Notes under the pieces: model-generated
What the model was told of the DNA's origin: nothing
Databases searched by the model: none
What the model saw: the letters and a program-made list of their open reading frames with translations, nothing else
Program-made: the position numbers and the translations under genes
Shown: positions 38,404 to 51,024 of the stretch, piece after piece
Numbering within the stretch: position 1 is the stretch's first letter
How the letters are laid out: every line of letters starts with the position of its first letter
From: Lytechinus pictus
Lineage: Eukaryota
Assembly: GCF_037042905.1 (NCBI RefSeq)
Contig: NC_087255.1
Location: 12,028,001 to 12,092,000, forward strand
Length of the DNA stretch: 64,000 nt
Direction: 5' to 3'

Positions 38404-41400
38404 TATAAAGTTTTTCTTTGTATTTCATTTTGCAGAAAACTGAAGATCCTGTCTAATTCAAAGACTTATGCATGTAAATCTGGACCCAGTACCACAAAGT
38501 TTAGAGGTTGATTAAGGGGCTTATTTTTTATTGATTGCATTGATCATTGTGTCTGATCAATTTTAAAAATTGGCCCCATGATCAATCACAAAGCTTTATG
38601 TATAAGGGACCCAGGAATGAACCCAAATACTCTTTCAACCATGTACATTTTTGTTGTTGTTGTTTGTTTGTTTACCGAGTGCGTCATCCGCCCATTATTA
38701 CAAAAACAGTTATTTTCATCAAGCATTTGTCAGTTCCTGATAGAATGAGATTTGAACCATTAGCGCTTGTTTACAAATGAAATGAACAGGTGAATTTCTT
38801 TCCCTTCTTAGAAAAAAAAAAACTAAATTAGCCATCCACTTTGTTATCTTTTATTTCAAAAGCACCAAATACCTGTCTTTCCTTCCTCTGAAGTTGTAGA
38901 TTCAAGTTCAGTGGTTTTGAATTCCTTACCCCCTCAGGTGTTGCATCACCTTTTCAAACTTTGCAGGTTTTCTTTTTTCTTTTACTCATGGACTAATGTC
39001 CCCTTTGGCATACCGCCACTGTGACATACTCCTTTTTCTATGTTCCTCTATACCGATGATCAGCATTAAGAGACACCCGTCCCCCTCTCTCCCCCTTTCT
39101 CTCCCCTCTCCTTTTCCCCCTCCCCCCCTCTCTTCTCTTTTTAGATTTCTATCTTTCTTCAAGAACCTTCAAGATGAGCTTACCAAGGCCCCCATCACCA
39201 CAAAGTGACATTGAAAGACAGGTAAATACCCCATGTTAGACATAAGATGAATTTAATTTGGTTGTGGTTACGTTTGTGGCTGTTTAATGAGTCAGTTGAA
39301 GACATAGAGGAACATTACCTAGGGTCTTACCTGTAATGGGTCTATATCCATTCTACCTGATATTTTCTTTTGAAGCCGTCTTTTTTTTAGGGGGCTACTG
39401 TGAGGCTGAGTAACATTTCTGATGGATGTGTGATAGGTATGCGATCATGTTCTCTCTTCAAAAGCAGAGGGGTGATTAACCAAGAAAAGACAGTTTAGTT
39501 GTTGGATGCTCAGGTTTTTCTAGGGGTATTAGATATGATAATGACGGTGAGTTTAATTTTTATTTATTTCTTTTATTTATTTGGTTTAATACATAGATAC
39601 ATGATACAAAGGTCCAAGGACCGAAATGAACATGTTTACAAAAAAAAGTTACAACATAATCGTAGATGAAAATTAATAGAAACAACAAAAACAGACTACT
39701 GAACATCGAACAAAAAATATAAATGCATTCAACAAGAAAACTATTATTAACATATTAACGAAAGTCAGTATAAGAGTAAAATTATTATAGTATATCAAAT
39801 CATTGCAGTATTGTACATTTTACTTGAGCAGAAAAAAACCAATTACAATATGAAAGGTTAATGAATGAAAAATACTTGGAGGAATAATGGAGAAGATCTC
39901 CCAGTCTCACTTGTAAAAAAAATAGGAAGAGAGAGGTTGAAAAAAGAATGCTAGAAAAAGAAAGAAAAGGGAGAAGACAGTACATCGAGACGGAGAGAGG
40001 GGTGATAGAAAGAAAAAAGATATAGAGAAAGAAGGAGGGAGACGGCGAGAGTGAGAGAGATCAATTGCTATCACAAGATTTGGAAAAGCTGAATTTTGAT
40101 ACCAGCTCATTTTGGTATCAAACTCATATCTGTCAAAGTACGACACTCTCGTGTCTGGTTGTTATTCATTCAGCAAATGAATATAATGCTTGAATATTAA
40201 GAAAAAAGAAACTTGACAAAATAATGAATTACTGGACTTCCAGTGCCAGAAATGATGTACTAAATCGATTTGGCAATAAGCCTTCAGTATTGGTTATAAA
40301 CAAAAAATGATTTATACAAACAATTAATATTTACTAGTTGGAGAAGTCTGCCGTAAGTATGTCATAACCCACCGACCCTAATTTTCATGCCATTTTCTAC
40401 ATTTTAATTTCATTTTACAAATAACACTGATAAACATCGGCAAACAGCTCGTGCAGTAGAACACTGTCCATATTTCAAACAGGATACACTGGGGCTTTAA
40501 CAACCCTCAATCAACTTGAAAAAATATTTTTTTAAATGTGCTCAAAGCCTTGCAAAACCAAATGTATGCAACAGATCCTTTCAGGCTTTATCATATTAAT
40601 TTGCAAATATCAACAAAATGAATCTCACTTGAAAGTTATATTAGTTTACTTATGCAATGATTGAAACAGTTTTGCAAAGCATTTCTTGTGTTAAACGATC
40701 CTCAAGTTGAAATAGTGATGCGTGTATTGATTGCCAAATATTTACATAACATTTGTTTACTTTTAACATGATGTATATGTACTATTATTGATGACCACTA
40801 AATATCGGTAGTGAAGATTCACCACCCCCCTCCCTCAGCATTCTCCTGATGATAGATGGTAGAAAGATAAATACAGCTGGATATCCACTTTCAATCAAAA
40901 CCGATGTGCAAAAAGCTGAACTAAGTTGGCAACTTTTTAGTCGACGGGTTTACCTGACACCACTGCACCGAGATTGATTGGCCGGATGCGATCCAAGGAT
41001 TGGTGGCAATGAACGGTCGGTCTTTGGGGGTTGAAGGATTGATTTTAGATTTAACTCTTGGTGTGTTTCTTTTAAGGGTTTTTAAAAAAGTCTGGTCAAT
41101 TCCATTAGGTATTTGTTCTTCCTAGATACGATGATAATGTTCTCAGTTTGTTCTGTGATGTTGTGATCTTGAGCTGTTTCAACAGCTTTGGTGGGTAGAC
41201 TAACAATATTCATGTTCTCCATGGCTGAATATTGATTGAAGTTTATCTCGATTATTCAGCAGATATTTTGTGCAATGTGTGAAGTGCTCCTGCAACCTCC
41301 AAATACCAAAATAAAAATTAAAGAGAGAAAGTTTTGATAAATTGAAGAGAAATATTCAAGCCCCCCCCCAAAAAAAAAGTGTTTTACTTTGATGAGTGAT

Positions 41401-41421
41401 TATAGTATTCTCAAGAGACAC

Positions 41422-43497
41422 TATTTATTTATTTATTTATTTATTTCTGATATTTTGACAGGGTAGCCCATTCACCAATAAGTAGTGGTCTTCCATGGGG
41501 CCCTGAATAACAATCAACATATTTACAAAATGCATAACGTATGTACAGAATGTTACAGCATTAAGATTCACATTAGGATTTGAATGTAAAACGAAACATT
41601 AACAAACTTAGCAGCAAACAAAACGCAGACGGGCACTCGTTTGACGTATAATAAAATATCAATAAATCAAATTAATTAAGAAGGAAATCTTGAAAATACT
41701 GATAATATACACCAAATCATCAAGGTCATGCTAACACAAAATAAGCACAACAGTGGATGTTCCGCAAGTTATTTATAAATTACAAGTTCTTTTAAACATT
41801 CTCTTAAATGAAATGACAAATGGAGCTGTTCTAATTGAATTATCAAGCTTATTCCATTCAAATATTGAAGATACGATTGGACTACACTTATAACAATCAG
41901 TGCGAAACTTGGGCACGCGTAAATATCCACTGTCTCTCTGTCTGGTATGATGTTCATGTACATCATTTGGATTGGTTAAGTTTACCTGAAGGTAAGAAGG
42001 TGCTAAATTATGAACACATTTAAATATCATCAAAACGTGACTGAGCTCAAATCGTTTGTCTAGTGTCATCCATTTAAGACTTGTGAACAAATCAGCCGAC
42101 GGTGTGTCGTATGTCTTGTTCAATATAATTCTTGCAGCCCTCTTCTGAATTTTTTGCAGCTTAATTGTATGGGATTGAAATCTATTCGACCATACAGCAG
42201 AACAGTAATCAAATCTCGGCAACACTAAACTGTTATAAAGCAACTTTAAGGACTGCACAGGCAAAAAACTTTTCGCTCTCTTTATTATGCCAATGCTTTT
42301 CTGAGTAAGTTTACATACATTTTCAATTTGTTTTGACCATTTCAGTTCTTCATCTATCAAAACTCCTAAGCATTTGGTGAATTGAACTCTATTTATCAAA
42401 TCACCGTTTAACGAAATCGTGAAAGAATCTATTTTCCTGAGATTAGCACGAGAACCTATTATCATGACACAAGTTTTTTCAGTGTTGAGGACGAGCTGAT
42501 TATCTTTAATCCATGCCATGACCTTGTTTAATGCAACAGTTAATTTTTCTTCCAAAACTGTCGCATCATTCGCACTGACGGTAAGTGTCGTGTCGTCAGC
42601 GTACATATCTATAATACCTTCATGAATACATTCAGGTAAACTATTAACATATATTGAAAATAAAAGGGGACCTAGAATTGACCCTTGTGGCACGCCTAAT
42701 TTGACGATTGAAGGGTGCGATTTGGCTCCTTTGAATTGTGTCACTTGTTGTCGATCAAATAAATATGATTTGAACCAAGTGATAGTCCTCTTACTACAAC
42801 CAATGCAAGTTAATTTCTTTAAAAGCAGCTCATGGTCCACGGTATCAAAGGCCTTCCGAAGATCTATGAACGCAACTCCAGAAATTAAATTGTTATCAAT
42901 GTTTAACGTCCACTGATTTACAAGTTTTGCAAGGGCAGTAGTTGTTGAATGCATAGGCCGAAAACCAGATTGATTTGGGTGTAATAAATCATTCACGTCC
43001 AAGAATTCACTTAGCTGTTGGTGAACAGCCCTTTCTAAAATTTTACTCACGATTGGTAATATAGAAATTGGGCGGTAATTATTCAGCGAAGACATATCAC
43101 CAGATTTAAATATTGGTACTACCCGAGCCTTTTTCCATTCACGAGGAACAACTCCAGTAGTAAGGGATTTGTTAATAATATCACAAAGGGACTCTGCGAT
43201 AACATTTTTTGTCATCTTTAAAAGTTTGCAGCTGACATGATCTTCCCCAGTTGATTTATCTATACTCAGATTATCAAACTGTTTCAAAACAAAATCTCTA
43301 GTAATCAACTCTAGCTCAAATTGATAGTGAATTGAACCAACATTTGTATCATCTTCTACTTGAACTCTCTGTTGAGACGTATCCCTTTGCAGGTCCTTAG
43401 TAATATTAGTAGCATTTGAAATGAAAAATTCATTAAATGCTTCAGCAATATTTGCATTGCCCGACACATCTGTTCCATCTACGTTTATTAATTTATT
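41422..43497 (-). mobile_element. 5'-truncated non-LTR retrotransposon of the L2/Crack/CR1 group
   Basis: RT ORF, a ~325-bp 3' UTR ending in a CAGGGCCCCATGGAAGA...GGCTACCCTG stem, and an (AAAT)n tail at 41422-41446. Confidence 0.93.
41773..43467 (-). CDS. LINE ORF2 fragment: reverse transcriptase plus C-terminus; endonuclease domain missing
   Basis: 564 uninterrupted codons with YRPISILP, QSGFR, DLRKAFDTVDH, GVPQGSILGPLLF, YADD and KCLGV motifs. The GTG start is an artefact of truncation. Confidence 0.95.
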   Translation of the reverse strand: MSGNANIAEAFNEFFISNATNITKDLQRDTSQQRVQVEDDTNVGSIHYQFELELITRDFVLKQFDNLSIDKSTGEDHVSCKLLKMTKNVIAESLCDIINKSLTTGVVPREWKKARVVPIFKSGDMSSLNNYRPISILPIVSKILERAVHQQLSEFLDVNDLLHPNQSGFRPMHSTTTALAKLVNQWTLNIDNNLISGVAFIDLRKAFDTVDHELLLKKLTCIGCSKRTITWFKSYLFDRQQVTQFKGAKSHPSIVKLGVPQGSILGPLLFSIYVNSLPECIHEGIIDMYADDTTLTVSANDATVLEEKLTVALNKVMAWIKDNQLVLNTEKTCVMIIGSRANLRKIDSFTISLNGDLINRVQFTKCLGVLIDEELKWSKQIENVCKLTQKSIGIIKRAKSFLPVQSLKLLYNSLVLPRFDYCSAVWSNRFQSHTIKLQKIQKRAARIILNKTYDTPSADLFTSLKWMTLDKRFELSHVLMIFKCVHNLAPSYLQVNLTNPNDVHEHHTRQRDSGYLRVPKFRTDCYKCSPIVSSIFEWNKLDNSIRTAPFVISFKRMFKRTCNL

Positions 43498-45146
43498 AGA
43501 GCATTTTAGAGCATTTTAAGTTCTATTGTGGTTAGTTTCAATTCATTCACCTTTAAAAGATACTTATATTATATTGGATGGTTCAGAATGGAATACCAGA
43601 AATATTCCAGAAAAGTTCTGGTTGCTACTATGGAAAGCCAAATTAAACACAAATCTCTAACAATTTTAATTTATCAGCACATGTTGCCCTCAATTAAACT
43701 GTTGCAATTAACATCTAAAATACAAAAAGCAAAAGATGTTCAAAGTTCATGATTGTGGAAAAAAAAAACTTTTTCACATAACATTTCAAATGTTTTTTTT
43801 TCACCAATAAAATATGAGGAATTAACACAGTAAAATAATTAAAAAAACAATGTATTCACAAGGTTTAAACATTTTTGGCTTCCCATAAGTTTAGCAAAGA
43901 CATAGACCATGGACTTCAAAATAAAGACAATATTATATCTTTACAGTATGATTTAAAGTTTTCCCATCTCTGCTTTCAGATACAGAGAATTAAAAATGAT
44001 GGTGCCTCATTGTAAGGGGGGGAGAGACATCAAAAAGTTTTCTGTTTTTCATCCCAACTCCCTTACATCTGCTGTACGCTCACTGCAAAACTAGATTCTT
44101 GATTACACCAGATCTATGAATTATTGATTGAATGATGATATGTAGTTGATATATGAAACAAGAGGCTGTTATAGTTGATGAATAAAGTAAAGGTAGTTCA
44201 TATATTTTGTGATGAGTAAGCAGACTCACCTGTTGGGATGTATAGAGAACCACCTGTTGGATGCGGAATATCCAATATCCCTATCAGTATGCTGTTAGCA
44301 TCTCAGAGATAGGCCTCCATGTAATACCAGGAATCTGCTGATTTACATTATCACCAATGAAATACAAGAAACAAAACGAATGATGGTGAACTGTACAGAG
44401 TCGTAAAGACATTAGCTCTTTGTGGGATCGTCGGAGTAAGATACCTTCTTGCGCTCAGGGTGAGATGTGTAATGGCTTCCGCTCTTGCATAGGTGTGAAG
44501 AATAAATGAATTGTGATGGATGAGTTCCATATCTTTTAGTTCTCGGAAACGGCTCAGGTACTTCGTCGGTCGGTCTTCATTCAAATGTGGCTTATGAACT
44601 CGGGTTTGAACTTGACTGAAGGTGTTTGGTATTGGAAATCTTGCCCTGTTCAAACCTGTTTGGATCAACATAAAAACAAATTTGCTGATTAAGTCTGTTG
44701 ATGGTCTTCTATCTACTTCTTTTCTTAATAGCACTTTGAAACATAATGTACAAAGTGCTTTATAAATTTTGTGTATTATTATTATTCATTTGATCATAAT
44801 CGTTCATATTGATCGATGAAACATTGAAATAAGCAATTGAATAAACATTGAAATAAGCAATTGAATAGGGACGGGAAAATGAAAAGTTAAAATGGTTGCT
44901 GTGCTGGTAGTGATAATAAAATAACTTTTGATTGCATTTCTTGTGGAATACTGAGAAGGTTTTGATATAGATCTACCTGTTCCACATCTGATATTGATAC
45001 CTCTCTCTACCTAATCTACCCCCCCCCTCTGCCTGGTGAACTTTGGTTTACCTGCTATATTCCTTCCATTCTTACCCCAAGGTATAAGCTGGTATATGCA
45101 CACCAAAATCAATGTTTCTGGTAACAGGTGCAACATAGACAAATAC

Positions 45147-45390
45147 ATACACTCTGAAAACTTGTCAAAATGACTAGATGACTTGTCAGGTACATGTAAA
45201 TGTAGTGCAATTTATCTGTCTAGTCATAACTCGTAGTCTTTTCTTGTCAGATATAGCTGCTTTCTCGTGAAATGCGACCCGGGAAATAGTTTAAAAACGG
45301 CTTTAGAAAAAAAAAAACATCAGTGGCACCCAGCTGACCTTTTAGTCATTTATAGTTAGTCATTTCTAACTTGTTTGTTTTAAGAGTATA
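45147..45390. mobile_element. CACT-ended MITE remnant
   Basis: TACACTCTGAAAAC / GTTTTAAGAGTATA imperfect TIR; recurring TGACTA / TAGTCA motifs. Confidence 0.45.
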
Positions 45391-45502
45391 AGAATGCTTG
45401 TTCACTTATGAATACTATTTTCTAGTCAGAAAATACTGCTAACTAGTCAAATGCCACTAAAGGTATTAAAAATGACTTAAGTATCAGTTGCATCCAGATG
45501 AC

Positions 45503-46420
45503 TTTTTTATACGCCCGTCTCGTCGGGACGTATTATGGTATTACGCTCGGTGTCCGTTCGTCCGTCTGTCTGTCCGTCCGTCTGTCCGTTAACTTTTCCT
45601 TGTAAACGCGATAACTTCAGTTTAATTTAACCTAGGCTCATATAATTTAATATGTATGATACTAGCATTAATCATGGGAAGCCTATTGATTTTGAGGTCA
45701 AAGGGTCAAGGTCACAGTGACCTATTTTCATCATACCCTTCTGCAGTCCTTGTAAACGTGTTAACTTAAGTTGAACTTAACCTAGGCTCATATAATTTAG
45801 TGTGTATGATACTAGCATGGGTCCCAGGAAGCCTATTGATTTTGAGGTCCAAAGGTCAAGGTCACAGTGACCTATTTTCATCTTACCCTTCTGCAGTCCT
45901 TGTAAACGCGATAACTTTATAAGTTGAACTTAACCTAGGCTCATATAATTTGGTGTGTATGATACTAGCATAGATCCCAGGAAGCATATTGATTTTGAGG
46001 TCAAAAGGTCAAAGGTCAAGGTCACAGTGACGTATATTCATCGTACCCTTCTGCAGTCCTTGTAAACGTGATAACTTCAGTTGAACTTAACCTAGCCTCA
46101 TATAATGTGGTGTGTATGATACTAGCATGGGTCCCAGGAATCCGATTGATTTTGAGGTCAAAAGGTCAAGGTCACAGTGACATGTTTTCACCTTACCCTG
46201 TTGCAGTCCTTGTAAACGTGATAACTTCAGTTTAACTTCAACTGTAGGCTCATATAATTTGGTTTGTATGATACTAGCATAGATCTCAGGAATTCTATTG
46301 ATATTGAGGTCAGACAGTCAAAGGTGAAGTCGCCACCTTCCACTTTTCTTGCTTGAACGATATCTCCCATTTTCCGCTTTACAGGCGGGCGTATTATGTG
46401 CTCGCCTTAGCGACAGTGTT
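45503..46420 (+). mobile_element. Complete HINE (non-autonomous Helentron; Tsp/CvA/DINE-1 architecture) with five ~150-bp core repeats
   Basis: 5' T run; subTIR ATACGCCCGTC with adjacent IR CGGGACGTAT; (GTCC/GTCT)n; cores anchored at 45601, 45751, 45901, 46061 and 46211; 3' subTIR GGCGGGCGTAT; hairpin TCGC-CTTA-GCGA; terminal TT. Confidence 0.88.
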
Positions 46421-46884
46421 CATTTATTAATTTGTAACTAGTATTAAGTGTGTAGAGGGCAACGATTCTAACGATTCTATAGTTTCTCATATATATCCCT
46501 TTCACATACCAAACTCTACCTTGACAAAATCGCCAATAGTTATCTCAGCTTTATACATTGAATACTGGTAAAGATGAAATACAGCAATCTCTGAATTGGA
46601 AGACAGAGATTTTAAAATGAAGGGTCAGTATGAGAAAATATTTAAAGTGAACCGTGTGGCACAAGACAAGTATTTTTAATATAAAATTTTAAAGTATGTT
46701 TTTTTGAGAATATGGATAAGACCGTGAAGGTGTAAAAGGGGCTATGGGATCACTGTACCAAGTCCATGGAGTGAAGAGATTATAAGAACAAGGGAAAGGC
46801 AATGCTAAAGAGAAAAATCAACAGGTGTCTGAACATTTGTAGGTGAAAACAGAGAACAGTATACTAGAGATGGAAGAATGGGTG

Positions 46885-46983
46885 GATGATGACGATGATT
46901 ATGATGGTGGTGATAATGATGATAGTGATGATGATGGTGGTGATGATGATGATGGTGGTGATGATGGTGATACTGATGATAGT
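46885..46983. repeat. (GAT/GGT)n microsatellite running into a gap
   Basis: Trinucleotide repeats visible directly in the sequence. Confidence 0.9.
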
Positions 46984-47327
46984 NNNNNNNNNNNNNNNNN
47001 NNNNNNNNNNNNNNNNNNNNNNNNNNNNNNNNNNNNNNNNNNNNNNNNNNNNNNNNNNNNNNNNNNNNNNNNNNNNNNNNNNNNNNNNNNNNNNNNNNNN
47101 NNNNNNNNNNNNNNNNNNNNNNNNNNNNNNNNNNNNNNNNNNNNNNNNNNNNNNNNNNNNNNNNNNNNNNNNNNNNNNNNNNNNNNNNNNNNNNNNNNNN
47201 NNNNNNNNNNNNNNNNNNNNNNNNNNNNNNNNNNNNNNNNNNNNNNNNNNNNNNNNNNNNNNNNNNNNNNNNNNNNNNNNNNNNNNNNNNNNNNNNNNNN
47301 NNNNNNNNNNNNNNNNNNNNNNNNNNN
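46984..47327. other. Assembly gap (344 N)
   Basis: N run between (GAT)n and GA-rich repeats. Confidence 1.
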
Positions 47328-47953
47328 TGAGAAAAAGAGAGGGAAAGATAAAGATGGAGAGAGAGAGAGAGAGGGATCTAGAAGACGACGACAACACCGT
47401 GACTCAGCCAACAAGTGTTGATGATTCATGGTTGAACCTCTTACAAACTTTTCAGCCCAAAGTCCTCATCTGGCTCTCTAAAGTTAATATCTGCACTACT
47501 TGAGAGAACACCCAGTGAATTAATGCTCAAAGTTTATGTGAGAGGGCTTGTTAAGAATGGGAGAACTGCAGGCAGGGTCCCTCTTGTGTCCGTGAGTGAG
47601 TCACGGGGTATAAAGTGATCATTAATAGGCACACAAATAGGACAAGAATCAGATAAGATTGCCGGTTATATCATGAAGGGCTATACATCTTACAAGACAT
47701 ACCTTCAGCTTGCTTCCCCCTCTCATTTTTTTTTGGGGGGCGGTCCTTTTTCTACTGTCTACATCTATTTCACATGCATAATTTCCTAAAGCTCAACTTT
47801 CCATTTTTTTTTCTCTCTCTCTTTCTATCTGCCTGTCTCCTTTTCTCTTTCTCACCCTCTTCATCTCTTTCTCCTTAGCTCATTACATTTATATTTTGTA
47901 TGTTGCCCTCTCTTCCTGTTGAGCGCTATCTCTGCAACAATCTTGCAATGTTT

Positions 47954-48245
47954 GGAGCGTTGTGGCCCAGTGGATTAGTCTCCGGACTTTGAAACAGAGG
48001 GTCGTGGGTTCGAATCCCAGCCATGGCGTAATTTCCTTCGGCAAGAAATTTATCCACATTGTGCCACATTCGACCCAGGTGAGGTGAATGGGTACCCTGT
48101 GGGAAGAAATTCCTTGAATGCTCGAGCACCCGATCAAGGTAACCGTGCTAAAGCCGGGGTAATGATATTAGCAGGGCCCACTGGAAGAACAGTTATCGGA
48201 ACTTAAGTGGCTACCCTGGGTAAATATGCCGTTATTATTATTATT
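47954..48245 (+). mobile_element. Full-length tRNA-derived SINE with L2-like tail and 7-bp TSD AATGTTT
   Basis: A and B boxes (TGGCCCAGTGG, GGTTCGAATCC); AATGTTT at 47947-47953 and 48246-48252; (ATT)n tail. Confidence 0.92.
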
Positions 48246-48864
48246 AATGTTTCACATACTATTTCAAATTATTTTTCTTTCTCTCTTCTCCTCTCTCTCT
48301 CTTTATATGCATTTATATTTTTCTGTGCCCCTCTTCTTTCTGCCTTTATCACTGGCAAACTCCTATCTTTCATGATCTTCCTCCCCCTCCCTCCCTCTCT
48401 CTCTTTCTCTCACTCCCATTCCTTATTTCTTTGCCTTCAAGTGACCCATTTTCCCCAATGCCTCTCCCTCTCTAATTTATCAGAACATTCGTGTTTTAAA
48501 CTTGATTGACGTTCTTGGATGTTAGAGAATCCGTCTACATCCCCATGAAGTGGGTTAAGGTATCATAGCCCCGCTCCCTCTGACCTACTTGATAATTAGC
48601 CCCCTCTTGTGTTTGTAATGGGATCATGTACAGGTATCATATTAAACTGGGATTATGTCTATTATCGGAATGGATTTGTGATCTAGTGGAGTATGGAGTG
48701 GCTGGTGTAGTGGTCTTGGTACACCTGTCTAGGATGTATGGAGAGTATGACGTTGACCGCGTTTTATTCCAGGGTGTTTCATATAGGTTGAGGAACTGGA
48801 ATGTAGGTTGGATTTGAACATATTGGTCTCTGTCTCGTGTGTGATTGAGAGCTAGAAAGACTTT

Positions 48865-49282
48865 GACACCGTTCTCATTTTACTTTCTAAAACTGGTTTA
48901 TACTGGAAACCAGTTTGGAACATCGCTTTGCTACCGTTCCCATTTGATCAGCCGAAAGTGGTTTTCAAAACTATTTCACATAAAGCAATCTTGTTGCTAT
49001 GGGAACACACTCAGTGGGGTGACATGTTTCGCGCGAAACTGCAGCGTAGGCATTCCACATACAGTGTGTGGAGTAGCGCGCTTGAAATGTTAAAAGATCG
49101 CTTCCCGAAGAATGGTTGTGTCCTCACGCTAAAACCAGTTTAACGAGGCAAAGCGATCTTCAAAACTACACCGCGAGGTGGTTTTCTGAACCTGTTTGCT
49201 CCAAGACCGCTTTGACTGTTCTCATTACACGTTAAACTAGTTTTCAGTAAACTAGTTTTAGAGCGGTAGTGAGAACAATGTC
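48865..49282 (+). mobile_element. MITE of the AAAACTAGTTTACTGG family, copy 3, 3-bp TSD TTT
   Basis: TTT|GACACCGTTCTCA ... TGAGAACAATGTC|TTT. Confidence 0.87.
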
Positions 49283-49372
49283 TTTGTTTCTATGAGAGGT
49301 AGATAATGCCGTCTCATCTTTTACACTATTGGTTGATGTTACCTTTACATTACATTGATCAACCTGAATACC

Positions 49373-49725
49373 TGTGGAAGCGCCTTGGAGTAGCGGTTCT
49401 GACTCTCGCCTTGTAATCAGAGGGTCGTGTGTTCGAATCCCACCATGGCCTAGCGTCCTTTAATTGGCAAGGCGTCAATCCACTTTTTGCCACTCTCCAC
49501 CCAGGTGTTAAATGGGTACCCGGTAGGATGCGAAAGCCTATGTACTATGCCTAGCAATTGAGTCTTGGAAGTCTTGTTGGAATGCTCCCCAGGGAGTGGA
49601 GAAGGTGCATACATTGTATGGGGGCATGCAAGGATCCGATGGCCGGGGTAATAATATATCTGTAAAGCGCTTAGAGACATCGTTCCGATGTGTTAAGCGC
49701 TGTATAAATGCAGATTATTATTTTT
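49373..49725 (+). mobile_element. tRNA-derived SINE
   Basis: B box GTTCGAATCC; CACCCAGGTGTTAAATGGGTACC; same tail as 36563. Confidence 0.88.
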
Positions 49726-50636
49726 ATTAATAGCTTAAAGGACTTTGTAACCAGCTGAGCAAGAATTTCTACATTTCCTGTGTATATACTGTACATTGCT
49801 GCTAAAGACTCTTTTACAAAAAATAAGTATGTGTGTACAAGCAAGTATTGTTTCCACTTCAGTCTGATATATAGTCTTACAATTTTTTTACCACAATAAA
49901 TTATTAAAATAATGAAATCAAAAGGAATATATCCCAATTTATTGACTCCACTCACTTTCCACAACAAAACAATAACTTGATTGAATATTTTATGTTTAAT
50001 AGAAAACTAGTGATAGAAAAAGTATGAGTCAATCAAACATTGTTTGTCTTTGTAAAAGAGAAGAAATTTGCCGGAGATGTACAGAAATGGGAACAATAGC
50101 CAGATGTTGGCCATGCAATGCTCAACATCGAAATAGAAAGAAGTAAAAAGTGAAAACCAGAAATGAAAACTGTATTTGAATAATTCATGTCGAGAGGTAT
50201 GTGTCATTTTGATCACACCAAGCTGAAAAGAATTAACACTCATACAAAATTCATCCCCATCACCAAATCATCTCATTATTCCCCCAAATTATACATTCTT
50301 GTCCTATCCCGTATTGACCAACAATCGTAAATTCTGAGAGATATACCGCACTGCCAGCCATCTCCATGCTAGATACAAATTCTTTCTTTCCTATACCAGG
50401 CCGGCTAGCTAGCTAGCTAACGGTGGCTGAGGCTGAGCGGCAATGAATTATTCAAGATAAGATTGGCTGCGGCCACTTCACCAGCATCCAGCCGCTACTT
50501 GTACAGCTCTTCAAGAATTCTCATCAAGGTATTCCGCTCTTCTTTCTCCTCTGTCCCCTCCCCCCTCCCCCCCCCCCGATTTCTCCTATTCCATCTGCCT
50601 GTATATATTCAATGTTCTCTTCTCACCACTTTCCCT

Positions 50637-51020
50637 GGTTTATTTCCAATTCGTCCAATGCCAATTCATCCAATTGCCAACTCGTCTACTATCATTTGGT
50701 CTACCATCAGTACGTCCACTATCCACATAGTCTACTTGCCAATTCATCCACTCACCATTTCGTCTAATAACCAGTTGGTCCAAAAGCCATTGAGTACATA
50801 TACCATTCGGTCTAATTGGACTCGGTGTTCATTGTGCAAAATGAATGAAAATGAAATGGATATTAGACCAACTGGTTATGAGACGAATTGGTCATAGAAG
50901 AAATGGTGATGAGACAAAGTGATTATTAGACTAAATGGTTGTTAGATGAAATGTTGATGGATGGAATGGCATTAGACTAAATGAAAGTAGACCATGTGGT
51001 GAGTGGACAAGTTGGCAACC
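50637..51020. mobile_element. Fold-back element built from short CGTCTA / GGTCTA subunits
   Basis: Left half has TCGTCCA / GTCTAC repeats, right half the complementary TAGAC / GGAC repeats; ends GCCAACTCGTC / GACAAGTTGGC. Confidence 0.6.
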
Positions 51021-51024
51021 CACA

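Noticed and set aside
44230-44337. Minus-strand exon ending at a strong CAG|GTGAGT donor
   Set aside because: All three frames contain stops and the acceptor is weak.
46843-47503. Long ORFs across the N run
   Set aside because: Artefacts of the assembly gap plus microsatellite.
47954-48030. tRNA genes (also heads near 25000, 35340, 38335, 49380 and a remnant near 20990)
   Set aside because: The A/B boxes continue into SINE bodies and tails, with no complete acceptor stem; these are SINE heads.
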